Part shown: in pieces, positions 36,957-45,077 of the stretch
How the letters are laid out: the number at the start of each line of letters is the position of its first letter
Numbering within the stretch: the stretch's first letter is position 1
Assembly (NCBI GenBank): GCA_948466185.1
Contig: CAOJZM010000001.1
Coordinates: 22,742-86,741, forward strand
Direction of reading: 5' to 3'
DNA length: 64,000 nt
DNA from: an uncultured Christensenella sp.
GTDB taxonomy: Bacteria > Bacillota > Clostridia > Christensenellales > UBA1242
The notes under the pieces: model-generated
The model's database searches: none
Told to the model about the DNA's origin: nothing
Seen by the model: only the letters and a program-made list of their open reading frames with translations
Program-made: the position numbers and the translations under genes

Positions 36957-37229
36957 TTATTTTACGTCTTTTTCAGAAACAGCAACATCAATCAGCATAA
37001 CAACATCATCATTCTTGCAACCCTTTTTAACCTCTTCAAAATCGGTTGGCATATTGAAATCAAAATCATATTTAAGAACATGTATGAAATATTGTTTCAA
37101 AAATTCTTTTGCATACAAAAAGGCCTCTTCGATAATCTTACCGTCAGTGGTAAGTTCAATGTCTGGGAAAAGGACCCTATAAAAATCATCATCTTTATAA
37201 AATATTGCTGGATAAACAAATCTTTGCAT
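36957..37229 (-). CDS. HicB-like (UPF0150) antitoxin-fold protein, no adjacent HicA
   Basis: MQRFVYPAIFYKDDDFYRVLFPDIELTTDGKIIEEAFLYAKEFL matches the usual HicB N-terminal pattern (YPA.F....G.Y.V.FPD......G.t.eEA). Confidence 0.65.
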   Translation of the reverse strand: MQRFVYPAIFYKDDDFYRVLFPDIELTTDGKIIEEAFLYAKEFLKQYFIHVLKYDFDFNMPTDFEEVKKGCKNDDVVMLIDVAVSEKDVK

Positions 37230-37335
37230 TATTTCTCCTATATTTAATTAGATTTTACCATAAAAAAAAAGAAATTCAAAATAATTTGAATAACTTTTCA
37301 CTTAATATGTATAAAAAACCCATAATTATGGATTT

Positions 37336-37464
37336 TTATTCTGCTTCTAAGTCCCTGTTACGTTCTTTTACAGCAACGCTTGTAGATTTTAATTGTCCAC
37401 CAATACTATTTTTATTTGCTAGTGCTACGATTTCACTCATGTCAATTTTTGCTTTAAGAATCAT
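37336..37464 (-). CDS. Small ORF (42 aa), unknown function
   Basis: Absent from the track. AAGGAG SD 7 nt before ATG 37464. MILKAKIDMSEIVALANKNSIGGQLKSTSVAVKERNRDLEAE*. Has its own promoter at 37491-37519. Confidence 0.35.
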   Translation of the reverse strand: MILKAKIDMSEIVALANKNSIGGQLKSTSVAVKERNRDLEAE

Positions 37465-37490
37465 GGTTGTGTCTCCTTTTTGTTGGTTAT

Positions 37491-37519
37491 ATAATAGCAC
37501 AAATCTTCCCAAATGTAAA
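37491..37519 (-). promoter_or_regulatory. Putative promoter of the 42-aa ORF
   Basis: Minus strand reads TTTACA, 17 nt (TGc), TATTAT. Confidence 0.45.
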
Positions 37520-37606
37520 TACCTTTTTTGAAAATTTTTTAATTATTTTTTAGCTCATTGATTAACCCCATATATTAATAAATAAAAAAGCAGACGGATA
37601 ACCCAC

Positions 37607-39358
37607 CTACATTTTTTCTGGAACTTCGATAGCAAGCACATCAAGTGCTTCCACAAGCTTTTTCTTAACAAGTTTTAAAAGTGCAATCCATCCGGCTTTT
37701 CGTTCTGGATTCTTTTCATTGATTATATTGTAATTGTTATAGAAGGATGAGAAGGCACTTGCGAGATCATAAACAGCAAGACATAAACCATTGAGAGATT
37801 TTTCCTCATAACAAATTTCATAAGCAGAATTAAGTTTGAGTATTGCTCTTATTATATTTCTTTCTTCTTCTGTTTGAATCTGGATTTTTCCGGCAGGAAT
37901 ATCAACCTTGTTTAATATAGAATTAATACGCACAACTGTATACTGAATATATGGGCCAGTCTTACCCTCAAACGCCATAAATTTGTCAATATCAAACACA
38001 TAATCTTTTGCAACATTATTGATAAGATCGCCAAATTTCATCGCAGCCACACCGATTTTAAGAGCGAGCTCCTCACCGCCTTCCACCCCGTTTGCTTTAA
38101 GCTTTTCTGCCGCTTTTGTTGAAAGCATGGAAATTATATCCTCAAGTTTGATTGTATCTCCACTACGGGTTTTGAAAGGTTTACCGTCACGACCATTCAT
38201 GGTTCCATTAACAATATGAATAAGTTGTTGATTTTCTGGCGAAATTCCGCTCATTTTGCAAACCCTAAACACCTGATTGAAATGCAGTTTTTGACGTGCA
38301 TCAGTAACATACTCAATACGGTCAATATTTTTATAGGTATTATTCCTCATAAAAATGGTTGCAATGTCGGTGGTTGCATAAAGAGCTGCACCGTTTGATT
38401 TTTGAATTAAACATGGGGGCATAGGATTGAGATATTTTACTTGTCCATTTTTATCTGTGGTTGGAACGTTTTCACCGTCACGCGCAACCTCAACAACAAG
38501 GGCTCCCTCACTTTCTTTTAAAAGTCCCTTATCACTTATGATTTTAATTGCTTCAGGACAATATTCATCCGCAGTGCTTTCCCCATACCACAAATCAAAG
38601 TTGGCACCTAGGCGACTGTAATTTTCCTTTATTTCTTTTACAGAAAGTTCACGTATCACTTGATAGATTTCATAGAAAGGGCTTTCTTTATGTTGGATTT
38701 TTAAAGTCCATTCTTCTGCTTTTAACCTAAAATCTTCTTCTTTATCTTTCCTTGCACTTGCCTTTGGATAGGCTTCATTCAAGTCATCCAAAGTAAGTTT
38801 TTTATTTTTACCCTTGCCAAAGTAACCATCAAGTTTGCCATCTTCAAAAAGCTGAAGTTCGGTGAGACCCATCTGAAGTCCCCAATCTCCAAGATGGACA
38901 TCGGAAATCACTTTGTCGCCCATATGCTTATATAGTCTTTTCAAACTTTCGCCAATAATAGCCGGACGCAAATGTCCAACGTGCAGGGCCTTAGCAACAT
39001 TTGCACCACCATAATCCAAAACAATAAATTGTGAATTTTGATGTTTTGGCAAACCTCCTCTTTCATCCTCAAAGTAGGCCTGTCCAAGTTTTGCAAGTTT
39101 GCTGTCTGTCAATTTTACGTTGATAAACGCTTTCACAACAAAAAATTCAAAATCTTCTGTTTTTTTAATATTTTTAACTATATTTTCAGCCATTTCAATT
39201 GGATTTTGTCCAATTTTTTTTGCAAGGGCAAAACAGCCATTGCATTGAAAGTCACAAACCTCAGGTAATGAAGAAAAGGAGATTGTTAAATTCACCTCTC
39301 CATAACCTGCTTTTTTTGCTGCATCATTTAATATTTTTTCAATCTCTTTTCTGATCAT
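37607..39358 (-). CDS. argS: Arginine--tRNA ligase
   Basis: 583 aa. HVGHLRPAIIGESL (HIGH-type motif) and a C-terminal DALR-like anticodon-binding region. Confidence 0.93.
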   Translation of the reverse strand: MIRKEIEKILNDAAKKAGYGEVNLTISFSSLPEVCDFQCNGCFALAKKIGQNPIEMAENIVKNIKKTEDFEFFVVKAFINVKLTDSKLAKLGQAYFEDERGGLPKHQNSQFIVLDYGGANVAKALHVGHLRPAIIGESLKRLYKHMGDKVISDVHLGDWGLQMGLTELQLFEDGKLDGYFGKGKNKKLTLDDLNEAYPKASARKDKEEDFRLKAEEWTLKIQHKESPFYEIYQVIRELSVKEIKENYSRLGANFDLWYGESTADEYCPEAIKIISDKGLLKESEGALVVEVARDGENVPTTDKNGQVKYLNPMPPCLIQKSNGAALYATTDIATIFMRNNTYKNIDRIEYVTDARQKLHFNQVFRVCKMSGISPENQQLIHIVNGTMNGRDGKPFKTRSGDTIKLEDIISMLSTKAAEKLKANGVEGGEELALKIGVAAMKFGDLINNVAKDYVFDIDKFMAFEGKTGPYIQYTVVRINSILNKVDIPAGKIQIQTEEERNIIRAILKLNSAYEICYEEKSLNGLCLAVYDLASAFSSFYNNYNIINEKNPERKAGWIALLKLVKKKLVEALDVLAIEVPEKM

Positions 39359-39383
39359 TCTTCCCTCAAAGTTGTATTATTTT

Positions 39384-39974
39384 TTATTTCATTAATCGGC
39401 GTTCTTCAAGCGCCCTTGAAAGAGTTACTTCATCGGCATATTCAAGGTCGCTTCCCATTGCAACACCTTGAGCAAGCCGAGTAACCTTAACTTCTAGTGG
39501 TTTAAGAAGCCGCGCAATATACATTGCTGTAGCATCTCCCTCAACATCGGGATTTGTTGCCATTATGACCTCTTCAACGTTATCCTCTTTTATACGCTCT
39601 AAAAGCTCGCGGATGCGTATATCGTCAGGTCCTTTGTTTTCAAGTGGACTGATTGTGCCAAAAAGCACATGGTAAACACCATTATAATCCTTTACCTTTT
39701 CCATGGATATGACATCCTTTGGCTCTTTTACAACGCAGATTATCTTGCGATTTCGTTTTTCGCAGATCGGACAAATTTCACGGTCAGTAAAATTGCCACA
39801 AATCTTACAAAAGGCAATTCTATTCTTGGCTTCAATAATTGCATTTGCAAAGTTTTCTGCCCGTGCTTTGTTCCCTTCAATAATGGAATAAGCATAACGC
39901 TGTGCAGACTTATAACCAACGCCTGGAAGAGTCCTGAACTGTTCAATCAATCTTTCAATAGTTTCGTTCTGCAT
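39384..39974 (-). CDS. recR: Recombination protein RecR
   Basis: HhH (LPGVGYKSAQRYA), C4 Zn finger CKICGNFTDREICPIC, and a Toprim domain. Confidence 0.95.
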   Translation of the reverse strand: MQNETIERLIEQFRTLPGVGYKSAQRYAYSIIEGNKARAENFANAIIEAKNRIAFCKICGNFTDREICPICEKRNRKIICVVKEPKDVISMEKVKDYNGVYHVLFGTISPLENKGPDDIRIRELLERIKEDNVEEVIMATNPDVEGDATAMYIARLLKPLEVKVTRLAQGVAMGSDLEYADEVTLSRALEERRLMK

Positions 39975-39975
39975 A

Positions 39976-40296
39976 TTACATTCCCGGAAGTTGTGGCAGT
40001 TTCTCTTTTTCAGTCTTGCTTATTTGGTTCATTGCATCGTTAAAAGCAGATACAATCAAATCTTCAAGCATCTCAACATCATCTGGGTCAACCACTTCTT
40101 GTTTAATCTTAACGCCTTTTAAAGTTTTATTTCCAAACATAACCACTTCAACCATACCGCCGCCACTGCGTGCAGTAAACTCGGTTGCGTCTATTTCTGC
40201 TCTTGTTCTTTGCATATCTTCCTGCATTTTTTGTGCTTGACGCATAAGCGCCTGCATATTCCCCCCGCCAAAGCCATTAAATCCACCATAAGCCAT
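39976..40296 (-). CDS. ybaB: Nucleoid-associated protein YbaB/EbfC
   Basis: 106 aa. MQALMRQAQKMQEDMQ...GGGMVEVVMFGNKTLKGVKI... is typical of the family. Confidence 0.9.
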   Translation of the reverse strand: MAYGGFNGFGGGNMQALMRQAQKMQEDMQRTRAEIDATEFTARSGGGMVEVVMFGNKTLKGVKIKQEVVDPDDVEMLEDLIVSAFNDAMNQISKTEKEKLPQLPGM

Positions 40297-40327
40297 AATT
40301 ATCTATCCTCCAATTTTAATATATGTT

Positions 40328-40654
40328 TTACTTTATTATTAAGTAATCTCCAAGCATTCCTGTCAACTTTTCGATATCTTTTTCCTGACCAGTTTTTTCC
40401 TTAGGCGTGTAAGCAACCTTAAAGTCTAAGTCAAGGCCCTGCCAACGCAGTGCTGTTTCAATTTCTCGCCGCCCGTCAGTAAGAAGATTATTAAGCATGC
40501 TATCTTTTACATTGACCACGAGATAATGCTCATTAACCAAAACATCGGTTATATCCCCGCATGCAACATGCAATGCCACCTGATGATGTTCTTTGAGAAA
40601 CAAAACCACCTTGCCCCAAATCGTTTTTGCACTAAGATTACCCTTAGTTTGCAT
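40328..40654 (-). CDS. Stand-alone ORF resembling the C-terminal (tau-specific) domain of Firmicute DnaX; in the -1 frame relative to dnaX
   Basis: 108 aa. IWGKVVLFLKEHHQVALHVACGDITDVLVNEHYLVVNVKDSMLNNLLTDGRREIETALRWQGLDLDFKV follows the pattern I recall for the W..IL..lk......l..a....v.....l.l.f C-terminal domain of Gram-positive DnaX. No SD of its own was seen. Confidence 0.6.
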   Translation of the reverse strand: MQTKGNLSAKTIWGKVVLFLKEHHQVALHVACGDITDVLVNEHYLVVNVKDSMLNNLLTDGRREIETALRWQGLDLDFKVAYTPKEKTGQEKDIEKLTGMLGDYLIIK

Positions 40655-40659
40655 AATTT

Positions 40660-41772
40660 TTAGTTTTTTTTTACTTCCTCGCCAGAATACCCCATCATTG
40701 CAGACAGTGCCAATGTTTCAAGCAGCAATCTTGGTGAAAGAGTATATCTTAGTTCGTTTTCTGCTCCACCAAAAATCTGCATATAAGATATAAGGGTCTT
40801 TTCCGAGGTTTGTTTTGCCTGCTCTAAACATTTTTGAAAAGCATCTTCGGGAAGGTTTAATATCTCGTTAGGGTCTTGGCAAGTTGCACACACAAGCAGG
40901 TTGCGAGCATGTTTAGAAAGTTCTTTTACAAGCACCGACATATTCTTTCCTGTTTTATCAAGTTCATCAATCAACGCCAAAAGCCCACCAACGTCTTTGC
41001 TTAACATAACCTCATAAAATTTAATTAAAATATCATAATCAGTGGTGCCAAGCACCTTAAGCACATTATCTTTTGTAATTTTACCTTCGCTGTAAGCACA
41101 AATGCTGTCAGCTATAGATAATGTGTCACGTACACTCCCTTCCCCGCTTGATGCAATAAGTTTGAGTGCGTCATCATCATAAGAAATTTCCTCACTGTCA
41201 AGGATTGAACTAAGAAGTTTGGTCAGTTCATCCACGCTTACAAGTCTAAAGTCAAATCTTACACATCTTGATAGAATGGTTTGAGGAAGTTTGTGCACCT
41301 CAGTTGTCGCAAGGATAAAGATGACATGTGCAGGAGGCTCTTCCAAAGTTTTAAGAAGTGCGTTAAATGCACTGTCAGTAAGCATGTGCACTTCGTCAAT
41401 GATATAAACCTTATATTTTGCACCCACCGGCAAAAATTTAACTTTTTCTCTTATTTCACGAATATCGTCAACCCTATTATTTGAAGCAGCATCAATTTCT
41501 ATGATATTAATGTCGTTTTCATTTTCCAAGCGTTTACAAGTTGCACACTGACCACATGGAGAACCATGTTGGTTATTTTCACAGTTCACCGCCCGTGCAA
41601 AGATTCTTGCTATACTTGTTTTTCCTATCCCACGCGAGCCTGTAAAAAGATAAGCGTGACCAAGTTTATCACCTGCGATTTGATTTTCAAGTGCTTTGGT
41701 GATATGTCCTTGCCCTACGACCTCGCTAAAAACTTTGGGTCTATATTTTCTGTATAATGCTAAATGTTCCAT
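40660..41772 (-). CDS. dnaX: DNA polymerase III subunit gamma/tau, domains I-III only (370 aa)
   Basis: Walker A GSRGIGKTS, Zn module CENNQHGSPCGQCATC, DEVHML, and sensor SRC. Confidence 0.9.
   Translation of the reverse strand: MEHLALYRKYRPKVFSEVVGQGHITKALENQIAGDKLGHAYLFTGSRGIGKTSIARIFARAVNCENNQHGSPCGQCATCKRLENENDINIIEIDAASNNRVDDIREIREKVKFLPVGAKYKVYIIDEVHMLTDSAFNALLKTLEEPPAHVIFILATTEVHKLPQTILSRCVRFDFRLVSVDELTKLLSSILDSEEISYDDDALKLIASSGEGSVRDTLSIADSICAYSEGKITKDNVLKVLGTTDYDILIKFYEVMLSKDVGGLLALIDELDKTGKNMSVLVKELSKHARNLLVCATCQDPNEILNLPEDAFQKCLEQAKQTSEKTLISYMQIFGGAENELRYTLSPRLLLETLALSAMMGYSGEEVKKN
40664..40672 (-). repeat. A9 run (slippery tract) at the dnaX 3' end
   Basis: Minus strand reads GAG GAA GTA AAA AAA AAC TAA AAA TT ATG. 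In the -1 frame it reads ...AAA AAA AAA CTA AAA ATT ATG with no stop. Confidence 0.95.
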
Positions 41773-41835
41773 ACGAGTATTGTATCTTAAACCTAAAAAA
41801 AACGCAAACGATTTAACACCGACTTTAAAAAAGCA

Positions 41836-41860
41836 ATTAAAAAAATGACCTTTTGGCCAT
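41836..41860 (-). terminator. tpiA terminator
   Basis: Minus-strand RNA is AUGGCC-AAAA-GGUCAU (one G.U pair) followed by UUUUUUU. Confidence 0.65.
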
Positions 41861-41863
41861 TTT

Positions 41864-42610
41864 TTATAGCAATGATAATAAATTTAAAAACATGTTTACA
41901 TCTAAACTTGCGCCGCCGATAAGTGCACCATCCATACCCTTGGCTTTAAATAAAGCTGTTGCATTTTTATTGTTTACACTTCCGCCATATAGCACTCTGA
42001 TTTGCTTTGCTGCCCGAGATGAGAAATCATCTTCAATAACTTTGCGAATAACCTTCACCGCATATTCTATTTCCCTGACACTTGCGTGCTTGCCTGTACC
42101 AATCGCCCAAATTGGTTCATATGCGAGAATTACTTTTTCCAGCTCATTTTCATAAAGCCCTTTTAAACCTTCCTCAATCTGCTCTCTAAGAGAATCAAGG
42201 GTCTTTAATGTGTTTTTTTCAACAAGGCTTTCTCCCACACAAAGTATAACCCCCAGTCCATTTTTTAAAGCCACTTTAATCTTTTTATTGATAAGTTTGT
42301 TGTTCTCTTTAAATTTGCTACGTCTTTCACTATGTCCCACTATAACATAATCAACACCAGCATCTTTTAACATTGCTCCACTTATTTCGCCGGTATTTCC
42401 ACCCTCTTCATAGTCAGAAAGATTCTGTGCACCCAGTTTAATTTTTGAATCTTTTAATATATACTTTGCTTCCGCCAATGAAGTAAAGGGAAGACAAACA
42501 CAAAGTTCCACATTTTCCGCTTTATCAAAACGTGAAACCAAATTCATTAGATAATTTTTACACTCCGAAGGTGTTTTGTTCATTTTTAAGTTTGCAATGA
42601 TTGTTTTCAT
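41864..42610 (-). CDS. tpiA: Triosephosphate isomerase
   Basis: IIANLKMNK, VGHSERR and AYEPIWAIGTG motifs. Confidence 0.95.
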   Translation of the reverse strand: MKTIIANLKMNKTPSECKNYLMNLVSRFDKAENVELCVCLPFTSLAEAKYILKDSKIKLGAQNLSDYEEGGNTGEISGAMLKDAGVDYVIVGHSERRSKFKENNKLINKKIKVALKNGLGVILCVGESLVEKNTLKTLDSLREQIEEGLKGLYENELEKVILAYEPIWAIGTGKHASVREIEYAVKVIRKVIEDDFSSRAAKQIRVLYGGSVNNKNATALFKAKGMDGALIGGASLDVNMFLNLLSLL

Positions 42611-43788
42611 CGAATCTTCTCCTGAATCACTTCAATACATGGCAGTGAACCATCTTCCATAAATTTAAGGGTTGCACCACCGCCAGTTGAAAGAAAGTTG
42701 ACCTTATCAGCACATTTGCTTGCCTTAATTGCACTGACGCTGTCTCCTCCACCCACGATTGAAAACGCTTCCGATTCTCCCACCGCTTGTGCAATTCTGA
42801 GTGTTCCCTCCCTGAATTTAGGATCTTCAAACTTTCCAACAGGGCCATTCCAAATTATCTGTTTTGCATTCTTGATTTCCTTGCTGAACAGCTTGACTGT
42901 TTTAGGCCCAATGTCCATACCAATCATGTCATCCGCAAAACTTTCAGTTGCAATGCGTTTTTGACGCTTGTCATCTTTTCGGACAACAACATGATCTATT
43001 GGAAGAAGCACTTTCTTTCCCTTTTCACTTGCATATTGCAGCACCTCTCTTGCAGTGTTCACTGAGTCAAGATAGGTCAAACTTTCGCCAACTGGGATCC
43101 CCTGTGCAAGCAAAAAGGTATAGGCCATCGCACCACCAATTAAGATTGTATCCGCCTTATCAATAAAACGTTTTAAGATTTTTATTTTATCAGGAACTTT
43201 GGCACCACCAATTATCGCAACAAATGGTCTATGTGGATTTTCCATCGCATTTCCAATGGTTGTAACTTCTTTTTCCATTAAAAGTCCAATCGCATTAGGC
43301 ATAACGCGGGCAAGACCATAGGTTGAAGCGTGTTTTCTGTGTGCACAACCGAAAGCATCGTTGACATATATATCCCCCATAGCTGCCAGTTCACGACAGA
43401 AGTTCATGTCACAGGCACGCTCTTCCTTATAAAATCGTATATTTTCAAGAAGAAGAACATCCCCATTATTCATGCTGTGTAACCTCTCCCGAACTTCTGG
43501 ACCCAGCACCTTATTACTGAAATATACCTTTGCATGTAACTTTTTCATAAGTATAAGTGAAACCGTCCAAAGCGATGTACGCACTTCAAAGCCATCAGGG
43601 CGGCCCAAGTGGGACATAATCACCACCTTTGCCTGCTGCTCTATTAGATATTTTATGGTTGGCAAAGCTTCTGTAATCCTTGTATAGTCAGTCACTCTTC
43701 CCAGATTGTCTATTGGACAGTTAAAATCCACCCTAAGAAGCACAACCTTTCCTTTTAAATTTACAAGATCTTTTACTGTTCTTTTCAT
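42607..43788 (-). CDS. pgk: Phosphoglycerate kinase
   Basis: 393 aa. RVDFNCP, NDAFGCAHRKHAST, GGGDS. 4-nt overlap with tpiA. Confidence 0.95.
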   Translation of the reverse strand: MKRTVKDLVNLKGKVVLLRVDFNCPIDNLGRVTDYTRITEALPTIKYLIEQQAKVVIMSHLGRPDGFEVRTSLWTVSLILMKKLHAKVYFSNKVLGPEVRERLHSMNNGDVLLLENIRFYKEERACDMNFCRELAAMGDIYVNDAFGCAHRKHASTYGLARVMPNAIGLLMEKEVTTIGNAMENPHRPFVAIIGGAKVPDKIKILKRFIDKADTILIGGAMAYTFLLAQGIPVGESLTYLDSVNTAREVLQYASEKGKKVLLPIDHVVVRKDDKRQKRIATESFADDMIGMDIGPKTVKLFSKEIKNAKQIIWNGPVGKFEDPKFREGTLRIAQAVGESEAFSIVGGGDSVSAIKASKCADKVNFLSTGGGATLKFMEDGSLPCIEVIQEKIR

Positions 43789-43841
43789 TCCTTCTCCTTA
43801 TAGTTATAGCATACACCAAAAAATACAAAACTCCAAATCAT

Positions 43842-44768
43842 TTAAGAATAGATCCTTTCCAAAATTTTCAAACTTTCATCAATGCTCGGGCTTGTTGCAA
43901 TAACAGGCCGAACATCTCTTGCATTAGGAAGCTCACTTGTATACCATAATAAATGTTTCCGCATATATAGAACAAGCCAATCCTCTCGATAATATTTTCG
44001 AAGGGTGTCAATATGTAACTTTATATCCTCAAAAATTTTTGCATTTTGAGGCTTATTACCCCCTTTTAAAACGGAAAACAGCCATGGTCTGCCTTGTGTA
44101 GCACGGCCAAGCATAACTCCATCAACACCAGTGGATAGCATTTCTTTATAACTTGCAGTGTCCACCACGTCTCCATTGCCTATCACCTGAATATTGACAG
44201 AAGCCTTGAGTTTTGCAATTGCGTCGTAGTTTGCATTTCCGCTGTAGCCTTGCATAGTGGTGCGTGCATGAAGGGTAATAAAACTTGCACCGCTCTCCTC
44301 ACACATACGTCCAAACTGAGTGCTTATATCTTTATCATAACCAAGTCTAAATTTAACTGACACCGGCCTTGTACCTGCTTTTACGCACTCATTTATTATC
44401 TTACTTGCAAGCGGAAGATCCTTCATAAGTGCACTTCCCTCACCATTTCGCACAATCTTTGGTGCGGGGCAACCCATGTTTATATCTATGATGTCAAAAT
44501 CTCTAAGAAGCGGATTTTTTATTGCCTTTGCCATAACTTCGGGTTCATGACCGAATATCTGTCCAACCTTGATTTTCTCTTCCTGAGAAATCACTGTCAT
44601 AAGCTCTGTTTTTTCAGGATTATGAAGCATGGCACGGGCTGAGAGCATTTCGCTCCAAGTTGCATCCGCACCATACCTGCTGCACAGTTTTCTAAACCCA
44701 ACATCACTTACTCCCGCCATGGGAGCAAGACATAATCCTTCATTAAAATCTAAGTTTGCTATTCTCAT
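43842..44768 (-). CDS. dus: tRNA-dihydrouridine synthase
   Basis: LAPMAGVSDVGFR, NMGCPAPK, and a TIM-barrel FMN pattern. Confidence 0.88.
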   Translation of the reverse strand: MRIANLDFNEGLCLAPMAGVSDVGFRKLCSRYGADATWSEMLSARAMLHNPEKTELMTVISQEEKIKVGQIFGHEPEVMAKAIKNPLLRDFDIIDINMGCPAPKIVRNGEGSALMKDLPLASKIINECVKAGTRPVSVKFRLGYDKDISTQFGRMCEESGASFITLHARTTMQGYSGNANYDAIAKLKASVNIQVIGNGDVVDTASYKEMLSTGVDGVMLGRATQGRPWLFSVLKGGNKPQNAKIFEDIKLHIDTLRKYYREDWLVLYMRKHLLWYTSELPNARDVRPVIATSPSIDESLKILERIYS

Positions 44769-44804
44769 AATAATATAATAGCAGACTAATCCTCGAAAGG
44801 AAAA

Positions 44805-45077
44805 TTATTTTAAACAATATTTAAAATTTTTAAATCCTTGAAATACTGTAACCTTCTTTGGCTTTGCAATATAAAATCGTTTTGTCACAGGATTGATACA
44901 TTTACGTTCCTTTCTCTCAACCACTTTAAATTTTCCGAATCCACGTAATGAAACCTCATCCCCCTTTTTAAGCACGTCGGTGATAGTGTTAAACATCTCA
45001 TCCAGCACCTTTTCGCACTTATTCTTGGATAGTTCCACCCTTGTTGACAAAAGACTAATAAATTCAGTTTTATTCAT
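44805..45077 (-). CDS. Divergent HU/IHF-family DNA-binding protein (second copy)
   Basis: Start moved to MNKTEFISLL (AAGGAGG SD). GFGKFKVVERKERKCINPVTKRFYIAKPKKVTVF aligns with the HU arm but lacks the usual R-N-P-Q-T-G. Confidence 0.7.
   Translation of the reverse strand: MNKTEFISLLSTRVELSKNKCEKVLDEMFNTITDVLKKGDEVSLRGFGKFKVVERKERKCINPVTKRFYIAKPKKVTVFQGFKNFKYCLK

Noticed and set aside
41773-41863. Looked for SRP RNA (ffs/scr), which precedes dnaX in Bacillus-type gene order
   Set aside because: The 91-nt gap holds only the tpiA terminator and AT-rich spacer. There is no GGAAGCAGC-type helix-8 motif.
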